A stretch of 64,000 bases of DNA from positions 1-64,000 of the forward strand of contig CAWDVW010000004.1 in NCBI GenBank assembly GCA_963805855.1, read 5' to 3'. The notes beneath the pieces were generated by a model. That model worked only from the letters and a program-made list of their open reading frames with translations. It did no database searches and was not told the origin of the DNA. Shown here in pieces: positions 38,502 through 52,372 of the stretch. A program made the position numbers and the translations under genes. Source of the stretch: Candidatus Dadabacteria bacterium. Its GTDB lineage: Bacteria > Desulfobacterota_D > UBA1144 > Nemesobacterales > CSP1-2. Positions within the stretch are counted from its first letter, which is position 1. Each line of letters starts with the position of its first letter.

Positions 38502-38604
38502 GCATAACCAGTTGTTGCACCCGACCGGAATTGGCGGTCGGGATCTAGACCTGAAATCAACGGCGCTCGCCGCCATTCCCTGCGGGTGATCTCGGTCGCT
38601 AACC
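38502..38604 (+). other. Degenerate integron attC-like palindrome
   Basis: GCATAAC..GCACCCG.CCGGAATTGGCGG / CCGCCATTCCCTGCGGGTG..GCTAACC imperfect inverted arms. Confidence 0.5.
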
Positions 38605-38843
38605 CTCTCGCCACAATTTATGGTGGCCTCCAAACTCGCAATCCTCCTGCAAATTAAGCGAAGAGCGCGGGGTAGCCATAATCCTGACCATCTGATATGA
38701 TATATTGGTTGACGACTCAATAACTAGCGGCCCAGCATCCATATCGAGAACACTCGGTTCCATTCTTTGCCGGGGGGCCACTAGGGCAACTGCCTCTTTG
38801 GGTTAATTGACCACGGGGTAACTCAGAAAAAAAAGGTGATTTC

Positions 38844-41137
38844 ATGCAACACGACTCAACCAATTTAATGATTGACCGCATTGGGTTTATCGGCAACTAT
38901 TTGCCGCGCCAGTGCGGCATTGCCACGTTCACCACCGACTTGTGTGAGGCTATCGCCGCCGAATACGGTAAGACAACCTGCATTGCCCTGCCCGTCAACG
39001 ACATCGAGGCCGGTTACGCCTATCCGCCCCGCGTCCGCTTTGAATTGACGGAGAAGGATATTGACTCCTATCGTCGCGCCGCCGACTTCCTCAATATCAA
39101 CAGCGTTGACATGGTCTGCCTACAACACGAGTATGGCATCTACGGTGGGCCGGCGGGCAGCCACATCCTGGCGCTCTTACGTGAATTGCGCATGCCCATT
39201 GTCACCACCTTCCACACCATTCTGCAAGAACCCCAACCCCGATCAGCGCCGGGTGTTGCAAGAAGTTGCGGCCCTGTCGGACCGGGTGGTGGTGATGAGT
39301 GAGCGCGGCGTGGAATTCCTGCAGGAGGTCTATGGGGTGCTGCCGGAGAAGATCGATCTGATCCCCCACGGCATTCCCGATGTGCCCTTTGTTGATCCCA
39401 GCTTTCACAAAGACCTGTTTGGCGTGGAGGGCAAAATGGTTTTGCTCAGTTTTGGCTTGCTCTCGGCCAACAAAGGGATCGAAAACGTCATCGCCGCCCT
39501 GCCCGCCATTGTGGCTCGCTATCCCAACGTGGTGTACATCATTGTCGGCGCCACCCATCCCCACGTTTTGCGCCAGGAGGGTGAAACGTATCGATTGTCC
39601 CTGCAATGGCTGGCCCAGGAGAAAGGCGTGGCCGGAAACGTGATCTTCTACAACCGCTTTGTCAGCTTGGAGGAACTCATTGAGTTCATCAGCGCGGCGG
39701 ACATTTACATCACGCCCTATCTCAACCCGGCGCAGATCACCTCCGGCACCCTGGCCTACACCCTGGGCGCGGGCAAAGCCGTCATTTCAACGCCCTATTG
39801 GTATGCGGAAGAGATGCTGGCCGAAGAGCGGGGCGTGCTGGTGCCGTTCAGCGATCCGGCGGCGTTGGCCGAGCAAGTGATTGACCTGTTGGACAACGAA
39901 TCCAAGCGCCATGCCATGCGCAAGCGGGCCTATCTGTTTGGGCGGGCCATGATCTGGCCGCAGGTGGCGCAGCGCTATATGGAGAGTTTTGAACGCGCTC
40001 GTGCCGAACGCCGGCATTTCATTCCTTCCGGCTTCGCTGTCAAACCGCTCGACCAACGTCCGGGTGAACTGCCGCTCCTCAAACTCAATCATTTGCAGCC
40101 GCATGACGGATGACACCGGCATGATTCAACACGCCACTTGCACGATGCCCAACTATCACGAGGGCTACAGCATCGACGATAACGCCCGCGCGCTGATTGT
40201 GAGTACGCACCTGGCGATGGAATTGGGCAACGGCGAGGCCTTAGCCTTGGCTTCCCGTTATCTCGCTTTTATCGGGTATGCCTTCAATCGTGAGACCGGC
40301 CGCTTTCGCAACTTTATGGATTACCAGCGCAACTGGCTGGAAGAAAGCGGCTCAGAAGACAGCCACGGCCGCACCTTGTGGGCGTTGGGCACCGTATTGG
40401 GCCGCTCTAACACACCGGCCTTCCAGAGTATGGCCGGCTGGCTGTTTGAGCAGGCCTTACCCGCCATTCTCAAAACCACCAGCCCTCGAGCCTGGGCCTT
40501 TACCCTCATCGGCATCCACGAGTATCTGCGCCGCTTTGACGGTGATCGCCGGGCCAGCCAGGTCCGGGATGAATTGGCCGGGCGCTTGCTGACGTTGTAT
40601 CAAAACAGCCGCTCGGATGAATGGTGCTGGTATGAAGAAGAGTTGAGCTATTGCAACGCCGTGCTGCCGCAGGCCATGCTCATGTGCGGTCAATGGATTC
40701 CGAATAACGCCATGACCGAAGCCGGGCTGGAGTCGCTCAGTTGGCTGGCCGACTTGCAGCGGGCGGACGCGCCGGGGGGCATTTTGTCCCCATCGGCTCC
40801 AACGGTTTTTATCAGCGGGGCTGGCGAGCGGGCCCGGTTCGATCAACAGCCGGTAGAGGCGCAAACCATGGTCTCTGCCTGCCTGGAAGCCTATCGCAGC
40901 ACCGGAGACGAACGCTGGCGCAAAGAAGCCCGGCGCGCCTTCGAATGGTTCCTGGGGCGCAACGACTTAAACCTGCCCGTTTACGATCCGACGACAGGGG
41001 GTTGCCGAGACGGCCTCCATCCCGACCGCCCGAACGAGAATCAGGGCGCGGAGTCTACGCTGGCCTTTCTCCAGGCCTTGCTGGAGCTACGCCTGGCTGA
41101 AAATACCCTTTTATCTGTGGAGGCACAAACTCAATGA
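38844..41137 (+). CDS. GT4 glycosyltransferase fused to a six-hairpin glycosidase-like domain (multiple frameshifts)
   Basis: PRQCGIATFT, QHEYGIYGG, SGTLAY..G.GKAVISTPY, GYSIDDNARAL, FDQQPVEA and NQGAESTL motifs. Indels at ~39232, ~40095, ~40773 and ~40820. Confidence 0.88.
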
Positions 41138-42076
41138 AGCAATCAACATCCCGAACTATTTCGCCGTCATAAACTTAATCCCATCTTGACCGCCGCCGAT
41201 TGGCCCTATCCGGTCCATAGCGTGTTTAACCCTGCCGCCACGCTGCTACCCGATGGCACCACCCTGCTTCTGTGCCGCGTCGAGGATCGGCGCGGGCATT
41301 CCCACTTGTGTGCTGCCCGCTCCGCCAATGGCGTGGATGACTGGCAGATTGACCCCCAGCCCACACTCCTGCCTGATCCCGAACACTTCCCAGAAGAATT
41401 GTGGGGTATTGAAGACCCGCGCATTACCTACGTCCCTGAATTAAGCAAGTATGCGATCGTCTATACCGCCTTCACCCGCGACGGTCCCGGCGTGGCCCTG
41501 GCCTTTACAGAAGATTTCGCTCAATTCGAGCGCTATGGGCTGATCATGTCACCAGATGATAAAGATGCGGCTTTACTGCCTCATCGGATTGGCGGCCATT
41601 GGGCCTTGATCCATCGCCCGGTCAGTTCTGCTCGCGCGCACATGTGGATATCCTATTCGGCCGACCTGCGGCATTGGGGCAGCGACAAGCTAATGATGGA
41701 AGCCCGGCGGGGGGCGTGGTGGGATGCGAATAAAATCGGTCTCTCTCCTCCGCCCATCGAAACCGCGCAGGGTTGGCTGGTGATTTACCACGGTGTGCGA
41801 AAGACAGCGGCTGGCTCCCTTTACCGATTGGGACTGGCACTGTTTGATTTGGACACACCGGAGCATTGCCTAAAACGCAGCGACGAGTGGGTCTTTGGCC
41901 CGGAAGAGCCCTACGAGCAGCGAGGGGATGTGGACAACGTTGTCTTTCCTTGCGGCTACACCATTGCCCCTGATGGCGACACCCTCTCCCTGTATTATGG
42001 CGCGGCGGATTCGAGCATTGCCCTTGCCACCGCCAGTGTTCGCGCCCTTCTTGAGTGGCTTGAACAACGCAGATAA
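41134..42076 (+). CDS. GH130 family glycoside phosphorylase/glycosidase
   Basis: NPIL, VFNPAA, GIEDPRI, DKDAAL, L.HRP, YHGV, NVVFPCG and YYGAAD motifs; one extra base just after the ATG at 41134. Confidence 0.9.
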
Positions 42077-42289
42077 GGAACCCTCTAAAATCGTGAGGAC
42101 TGGCTGATACCAATTGTTTAAAAAGAATTAAAGGGAAAATTAGAGGGGACGCAATCCTTTAAGTTTCAGGCCTGCATACACAAGTGTTAAAATGCCCTCG
42201 ATTACACAGTTAAAAATTATTCAATTTAAAAAAGACTTGACACACGACCATGGTTTCCAAAGATATTCTTAGGAATCAATAAAGACAGT

Positions 42290-42397
42290 GTGGGTTTTGA
42301 TCAATCTAAATCAGACAAATTTGCAGAAAAGATGATGACCATTTTGAACTACGGCGCATTGAATTTTATGATCTTGATCGGTTACAGGATCAGTGTT
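42290..42397 (+). pseudogene. N-terminal remnant of a wHTH-SAM methyltransferase (Rv2258c-like)
   Basis: FDQSKSDKFAEKMMTILNYGALNFMILIGYR, cut at the 3' end of the convergent nuclease gene. Confidence 0.5.
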
Positions 42398-43324
42398 TCA
42401 GGGTAGGTCGAAGCAGATTTTCTTGAAATTGCAGGAATTACACCTCCATTCGTCGTCTGTTCTCGGAAAGTCCGTTATTATCGCTTCATTTTTGATCGGA
42501 TCACTGAGGTAGCTCTTCATGCTATTGATGCTACTGTTTATATAATTTTTCGCTTCAGATAGTTCCTCATGACTAAATTTGTGTATGGTTTTCTCATTTC
42601 CGATGAGGTTGTATTCGATGAGGGAAATTTTATCTGCAGGTGCGCCTAAAATCTCATTCGCGTAAATTGTATAAATCATAAACTGTAGCTTATTCGACTC
42701 CCCGGATCCTGTTTTCCAATCGACTATTTCGATTTCATCATCTAATTTATAGGCAAGGTCTAGATTTACGTAAATCTTTTCTTCGTTAAATGAAAAAGGG
42801 ATTGGAGCTATCCTGTCGATGGAAAGAACATCGTCATATTCCAATTTTATTACCTTTTCCAATATATCTGACTTATAGAAGTTTTTAATGCATGTTATGA
42901 CCTCTTGGTGATTTTTTTTCCATCTCTCGTCAGAAATGTTTAATCCATATTCGTGCTCGAAGAAGTAGTTTACTTTTCCCAAGCTATCAAACGTATCCCA
43001 GTACAAACCAGCACGAGAGAATTTGAACTCTTGCCTCATGAGATTTGTTACCCTTGTCAGCGAGTATTCAAGGCTAATCAACTCATTTGTAGTCACCAAT
43101 TCTTTTAGTATTCTGGCAATCTCCGAGTGTACGGTTTTTCCCTTCCACATGGGTATGCTCTGAAGGTTTTTTAAGACATAAAGGGTTCTGGTTACATTAT
43201 CTGCCCTAAGCTTTTCCCAACCACCCCATGAACCATAGTAGTTGTAGTAATATTTTCTTTTACATTCCTCGAATAGAGCGTCCCTTGATGCAGACCAGCT
43301 AAAGTCGTTTGTAAGTGTGGCCAC
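42398..43324 (-). CDS. PD-(D/E)XK nuclease family protein (AddB/Cas4-like, four Cys)
   Basis: FSWS.SR..F.EC.RKYY, G..VH, LD..IVDWKTG, Q..Y and CNSCNFKKIC motifs. Confidence 0.88.
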   Translation of the reverse strand: MATLTNDFSWSASRDALFEECKRKYYYNYYGSWGGWEKLRADNVTRTLYVLKNLQSIPMWKGKTVHSEIARILKELVTTNELISLEYSLTRVTNLMRQEFKFSRAGLYWDTFDSLGKVNYFFEHEYGLNISDERWKKNHQEVITCIKNFYKSDILEKVIKLEYDDVLSIDRIAPIPFSFNEEKIYVNLDLAYKLDDEIEIVDWKTGSGESNKLQFMIYTIYANEILGAPADKISLIEYNLIGNEKTIHKFSHEELSEAKNYINSSINSMKSYLSDPIKNEAIITDFPRTDDEWRCNSCNFKKICFDLP

Positions 43325-43585
43325 ATTTAAACTTTAGTTTAAAATTTGTGTTAAATAAAGTGTTAGAGGTAATTCTGATATCTATTCAAAATTTGAGATG
43401 CAAAAGCGCTGAATCTTGTCATAGTGTTCTTCATTTCAGTTATCTCGAGAAACGGGTAAATTCTTTGGTTTTAATAATAAACTTAAATTTAGCAGTACGG
43501 TTTATAATATGGAATTGATTTATTTCGCTCATTATAGAGTAAAATATAGTACTCGAATATATAGATAAATTTTGAGGATTTTCCA

Positions 43586-43870
43586 ATGCCGCAAATAAGC
43601 GTGTCTAAGCATTCACAGGATGGAGACGACATTATATTCAGGGTTGAGGTTAAGGAGGGGGATGCTAAGACTGAACATCTGGTTGAAGTAACCCATGATT
43701 ATTATAATTTTTTGGCGGAAGGAAAAATAACGATGGAGGAGCTCGTACACAAATCATTCGATTTTTTACTGGAACGGGAGCCCAAAGAATCGATACTCAG
43801 AAAGTTTAACATTAAGAAGATTTCCTATTACTTCCCGGAGTACGAAAAGAGTATTAAAAATTACCTCTGA
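43586..43870 (+). CDS. Conserved hypothetical protein
   Basis: Clean ORF with GAGG RBS; SFDFLLEREPKESIL..YFPEYE motif. Confidence 0.75.
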   Translation: MPQISVSKHSQDGDDIIFRVEVKEGDAKTEHLVEVTHDYYNFLAEGKITMEELVHKSFDFLLEREPKESILRKFNIKKISYYFPEYEKSIKNYL

Positions 43871-43883
43871 AGGAGGTTTTCTG

Positions 43884-45284
43884 ATGAAGAGTGTTAAGAA
43901 GTTTTTTTATTTCATAGTCATCGTTTTATTGGTAGGAGCAGTAATCTATATATATCCTGAAATTGAATGGCACCCCCCCCAAATAGATATTAAACTTGCC
44001 TCTGATTACGTTGGACTCAAACCATTTGACGTTCAGATAAAAGACAAGGGTAAGGGGCTAAAGAGGGTGACCATTTCTCTAAAAGATGAAAACGGTGAAT
44101 CTATTCTCGCAGATAAGGTTTATGATTCACCGGTAAAGGAAGATACCTTCACCATAGAGCTTGATCCGAAAGAAATGGGTCTTAAAGATGGTCCCGCCGA
44201 GTTAGCGGTTAGCGCAGAGGATAGATCCCATCTTAAGCTATTTCGCGGCAACAAGACAGATGTAATCAAGAAGATTAAAATCGATCTAGTACCCCCGAAG
44301 GCTGAGATAGTAAGCGGTGATCAATATATTAACCACGGGGGTTCTGCAGTCGTTATCTATAAGACATCCGAGGATGTTACACGCAGCGGTGTTGAGCTTG
44401 GTGATTATTTTTTCCCCGGCCACAGGGGGTACTTTGAAGACCAAAATATCTATCTTGCCTTTTTTGCCTTTCCTTATACCCTGTCTCCCGGTGATAATAT
44501 TTCGCTGATTGCCGAAGATGCGGCGGGGAACACGAAAACTGTTAACATTCCCCACAAACTTAAAAACGTCATATACAAGAAGAGTGATATTAATGTCAGC
44601 GAGAATTTTATTCAGGAGAAGATGGCTTCGCTCTTGGGAGAAGACTCCTCTAAAGATCAAGATTTAAAAGTCATATTTCTCAAGGTAAACCGGGATCTAA
44701 GAAAGAAAAACAATGACGAGATAAAAAGAATAGGTGAGAAAACATCAGAGCAGATATTGTGGAATGGAGAATTCCACCAGCTGACAAACTCACAGGTGGA
44801 GGCCAACTTTGCAGATGATCGGACCTATTTTTTCAATGGAGAGCCAATAGATGAGCAATATCATCTGGGATATGATCTGGCGGTTACAAAAAGATATCCT
44901 GTTGAGGCTGCCAATGATGGGGTGGTTGTGTTCGCTGGTGATCTTGGAATATATGGTAATACGGTAATAGTCGATCATGGAATGGGTATTACAACGCTAT
45001 ACGGTCACTTAAGCTCTATTGATGTGAAGGTAGATGATGTCGTAAAGAAAAAACAGATAGTTGGAAAAACCGGGGAAACGGGTCTTGCTGCCGGGGACCA
45101 TTTACATTATGGTGTCTACGTAAATGGGGTTCCCGTGCGTCCAATTGAATGGTGGGATCAGAAATGGATAAACGATAATATTCTGAAAAAGATCAAGGAA
45201 GCCGAGGCAGAGTTTAAGACTACTAAGCGAGCGGATGGTTCAGCGCCGAGCGAAGTTTCAGAAGAAAAAGAAGTGAAAGAATAA
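43884..45284 (+). CDS. M23 family metallopeptidase
   Basis: N-terminal TM helix; HLGYD, YGHL and GDHLH zinc motifs. Confidence 0.93.
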   Translation: MKSVKKFFYFIVIVLLVGAVIYIYPEIEWHPPQIDIKLASDYVGLKPFDVQIKDKGKGLKRVTISLKDENGESILADKVYDSPVKEDTFTIELDPKEMGLKDGPAELAVSAEDRSHLKLFRGNKTDVIKKIKIDLVPPKAEIVSGDQYINHGGSAVVIYKTSEDVTRSGVELGDYFFPGHRGYFEDQNIYLAFFAFPYTLSPGDNISLIAEDAAGNTKTVNIPHKLKNVIYKKSDINVSENFIQEKMASLLGEDSSKDQDLKVIFLKVNRDLRKKNNDEIKRIGEKTSEQILWNGEFHQLTNSQVEANFADDRTYFFNGEPIDEQYHLGYDLAVTKRYPVEAANDGVVVFAGDLGIYGNTVIVDHGMGITTLYGHLSSIDVKVDDVVKKKQIVGKTGETGLAAGDHLHYGVYVNGVPVRPIEWWDQKWINDNILKKIKEAEAEFKTTKRADGSAPSEVSEEKEVKE

Positions 45285-45286
45285 AA

Positions 45287-46021
45287 TTGATCATATACGG
45301 AAAGAATCCGGTAAGGGAGTTCCTTGTGCACCCCTCGTCGAACATTTTGGAAGTGTTTATATCTTCCGAAAAAAAAAGGGCTGATATTAGTGATCTTCTA
45401 AGGCTTGCCGAGGAGCGTGGTATAAAGATCACATACCTTTCGCGCGAATCCCTTTCAAAAACTGCGAGGACAGCCTCCCATCAAGGCGTTGCGGCAAGGC
45501 TGTCAGACTATGCTTATGCGGAAGTCTCCGAGATATCACGAAAAGCAAAAGAAAGGGGAGAAAGCCTGCTGGTTGTCATACTGGATCATTTAGAGGATCC
45601 GCAAAATTTCGGACCCATTATAAGGAGTGTACATGTTCTGGGAGCGCATGGAATAATTATCCCGAAGGACAGATCCGTCTCTGTAACTCCAGCGGTTGTT
45701 AAGACCTCAGCTGGAACGGCGAGCGCTGTATTAATTTCAATGGTTACAAATATCGTTAGGGTTATATCCGAGTTGAAGAAAAGTGGCATTTGGATTGTGG
45801 GAGCCGACCCTTCAGCAGATAAATCAATCACTGATCAGGACCTTGTCGGATTGGATATAGCATTGGTTATAGGGAGCGAGGGAAAAGGATTGAAGCGATT
45901 GGTCAGGGAGGAGTGCGATTTTCTTGTTTCAATCCCTACAATTGGAGCGTCATCGCTCAACGCCTCTGTTGCAGCGGGAATAATGATTTATGAAATACAA
46001 AGGCAGAGAAAGAGAAGATAA
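45287..46021 (+). CDS. rlmB: 23S rRNA (Gm2251) 2'-O-methyltransferase
   Basis: HQGV, LD.LEDPQN.G, GSEGKG and SLNASVA SPOUT motifs. Confidence 0.93.
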   Translation: MIIYGKNPVREFLVHPSSNILEVFISSEKKRADISDLLRLAEERGIKITYLSRESLSKTARTASHQGVAARLSDYAYAEVSEISRKAKERGESLLVVILDHLEDPQNFGPIIRSVHVLGAHGIIIPKDRSVSVTPAVVKTSAGTASAVLISMVTNIVRVISELKKSGIWIVGADPSADKSITDQDLVGLDIALVIGSEGKGLKRLVREECDFLVSIPTIGASSLNASVAAGIMIYEIQRQRKRR

Positions 46022-46039
46022 ATAACGCTTTAGGAAAAT

Positions 46040-46084
46040 GGGGGACAGACACTTGTCTTATTATCAATAAAGTGTCTGTCCCCC
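46040..46084. terminator. Perfect 15-bp inverted repeat between convergent rlmB and ligA (terminator or REP-like palindrome)
   Basis: GGGGGACAGACACTT-15 nt-AAGTGTCTGTCCCCC. Confidence 0.7.
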
Positions 46085-46090
46085 GTATAT

Positions 46091-49875
<3,785 letters not shown>

Positions 49876-50003
49876 TCACCACCAATTATATTTTAGCTTG
49901 TTTGGAGTTCAATATAGAGCAAATCCTTGAAAAATGATTTCAAACAATCCTGGGTAAAATAATTTGCCTAGTGATAAAGTGATTGTAAACTAAAGATTTT
50001 GTA

Positions 50004-50534
50004 ATGAATATGGATATAATTGATAGGATTGTAGTCATGAAGGGGGATATCACGGATATTGAGGCTGACGCTATTGTGAATGCGGCAAATACGGATCTGG
50101 TTCTGGGGAGCGGAGTCGCGGGTGCGATACGGAAGAAGGGAGGAGATCTGATTCAAAATGAATGTAACGAAATTGGATCAATTCCACTAGGCCAGGCGGC
50201 AATAACGGGGGCTGGGAACATTCGGGCGAGATTCGTGATACATGCAGCGGGAATGCATTTAGGAGGTCGGGTGAGTGTCCTGTCATTAAGGGACTGTACT
50301 TATAATAGCCTGCTGAGAGCCTCTGAGAAAAATTTGAAAACGATTGCCTTTTCTGCAATCGGAACGGGGGTCGGAGGTTTCCCAATGAAAAATTGTGCGC
50401 GGGTAATGGTTGATACTGTCTCAGAGTTTCTTCAGAATAAACATAGTTCGATCGAGAGGGTGTACTTCGTTCTGTTTAACGAGGAGTCTTTTGATGCTTT
50501 TGACCTTTATTTGAAGTCGAAACTTGCCAATTGA
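50004..50534 (+). CDS. Macro domain protein (ADP-ribose binding/hydrolase)
   Basis: GDIT..DAIVNAAN..GSGVAGAI and AIGTGVGGF motifs. Confidence 0.93.
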   Translation: MNMDIIDRIVVMKGDITDIEADAIVNAANTDLVLGSGVAGAIRKKGGDLIQNECNEIGSIPLGQAAITGAGNIRARFVIHAAGMHLGGRVSVLSLRDCTYNSLLRASEKNLKTIAFSAIGTGVGGFPMKNCARVMVDTVSEFLQNKHSSIERVYFVLFNEESFDAFDLYLKSKLAN

Positions 50535-50721
50535 ATTTAGACATTGAATGATTACCGAGAGTTATGATTTATTATTTATATATAGCTTTTTGATGCTCCC
50601 CGGTTCGCATACCCGACTACTCGGATGGAGAAATGTAATCATTCATAAATATAAGGATCCATATATTAAGAACCGATCATGACCGAATAATATATAATTC
50701 AGGAATTTGGGTTATCAAAGG

Positions 50722-51315
50722 ATGGATAAGAAAACTGTAGAAGAATTAGAAAAAATATTAAGAAACCGGGATGTTGTTAAGATAGACAAAGAGCAAAAGT
50801 TAGTCCGAGCCGCCGTAATGGTCATACTAAACGATGGAAGTCCGGGGTACTCTGTCTTATTTATCAAAAGGACAGAAAACGAAGGCGATGTCTTTTCAGG
50901 ACACATGGCTTTTCCTGGAGGGAAAATGCGGATTGCTGATAAAGGTACTCTAGACACTGCGATTCGTGAAACGGTTGAAGAGACGGGAATAGATATAAAT
51001 AAGAGTGGCACTGTCATTGGGGAATTAGACGACTTTTATCCGAATAATCCAAAGGCTAATCATTATGTTGTGACACCGTATTTATCGATTTTAGAAAAAG
51101 AAGTTGAATTGACACTGGATGCAGCAGAAGTGGCTGATGCAGTCTGGATACCGATACAACATCTAAATGACCCAAGAAACCATGAAGTTAGAATCTTGGA
51201 AAGGAACGGCAGAGTGTCGGAAGATTTCGTATTCTATTATAGCGATTACGTGATCTGGGGTATGACGGGTAGGATACTCCATCAATTCCTTTTGTTATTT
51301 GGAAAACTTTTTTAG
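50722..51315 (+). CDS. Nudix hydrolase, CoA pyrophosphatase type
   Basis: AAV, SGHMAFPGG, TAIRETVEETG and IWGMT motifs. Confidence 0.9.
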   Translation: MDKKTVEELEKILRNRDVVKIDKEQKLVRAAVMVILNDGSPGYSVLFIKRTENEGDVFSGHMAFPGGKMRIADKGTLDTAIRETVEETGIDINKSGTVIGELDDFYPNNPKANHYVVTPYLSILEKEVELTLDAAEVADAVWIPIQHLNDPRNHEVRILERNGRVSEDFVFYYSDYVIWGMTGRILHQFLLLFGKLF

Positions 51316-51482
51316 GCCTGGAGAGGACTGAATAATTAATGAATTCTTTTTGGATGATCCCTGCTAAGCAAATTAAGCTTGTATCTTCACCCGATAGAAC
51401 TCTATCTGTAAAGCTCAGTGGTGGATTTTCATATTCTATGATGATACACTTTCCATAAAAATAAAATGGGACGGTAGAAAGA

Positions 51483-51911
51483 ATGAGGGGCGTAAATAAG
51501 GTAATTCTTATTGGTAATCTCGGACGTGATCCGGAGCTGAGGTATACGGCAAGCGGTCAGGCCGTGGCTAATTTTACTATTGCTACGACAGAGAGCTGGA
51601 CTAACAAGGGTGGAGAAAGGCAAGACTCTACGGAGTGGCATCGCATAGTGGCGTGGGGGAGACTTGCGGAGATATGCGGCGAATACCTTTCGAAGGGGAG
51701 AACGGTATATATAGAAGGGACACTCAGAACAAGGTCTTGGGAAGACAAGGAGGGAAGGAAGAGGTGGACAACAGAGGTCTTGGCAAGAAATATGCAGATG
51801 TTGGGTCCGTCCGGTGATAAAGCCGAGTCAACCGCTGAGGCTGGCGAGGGGTTGGCGGATGATTTTGAAGTCGCTGACACTTTTGGTTCCGAGGATGATA
51901 TCCCGTTTTAG
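51483..51911 (+). CDS. ssb: Single-stranded DNA-binding protein
   Basis: [19 protein letters not shown] motifs; C-terminal DDIPF. Confidence 0.98.
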   Translation: MRGVNKVILIGNLGRDPELRYTASGQAVANFTIATTESWTNKGGERQDSTEWHRIVAWGRLAEICGEYLSKGRTVYIEGTLRTRSWEDKEGRKRWTTEVLARNMQMLGPSGDKAESTAEAGEGLADDFEVADTFGSEDDIPF

Positions 51912-52004
51912 TGAGACCGTACTTATTTAAAACCGAAGATAACTTCCATTTCATTTGGTTTGAGGTTGGATGGTTGCTTGAATGATATGTTGAAAGCTAC
52001 TGAG

Positions 52005-52361
52005 ATGGCACAAGGAGAATTCAAGAGGATCTCTAAGCCCTGGGGGTACGAAATATGGTGGGCAACTACTGAGAAATATGTAGGAAAGATTCTTCACGTT
52101 AATAAAGATCACAGTTTGAGTTATCAGTACCACAAGGTAAAGGATGAAACGATTTATGTTTGCAGCGGTGAAATAATACTCGAGTTGGAGGAGGTCGGAA
52201 AACCAAAGGAGATAATAAGACTTCTGCCCGGTGATGCAAGAAGAATTACCCCCCTTACCAAGCATCGGATGACCGCTATAGTAGAAAGTGATCTGATTGA
52301 AGTGTCAACCCCAGAAGTGGATGACTTGGTAAGGCTTGAGGATAAATATGGGAGGGTTTAG
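52005..52361 (+). CDS. Cupin domain protein (mannose-6-phosphate isomerase type II-like)
   Basis: KPWG.E, LS.QYH..KDET and HR..EVSTPE.DD.VRLED.YGR motifs. Confidence 0.85.
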   Translation: MAQGEFKRISKPWGYEIWWATTEKYVGKILHVNKDHSLSYQYHKVKDETIYVCSGEIILELEEVGKPKEIIRLLPGDARRITPLTKHRMTAIVESDLIEVSTPEVDDLVRLEDKYGRV

Positions 52362-52372
52362 ATAGGTCAATT

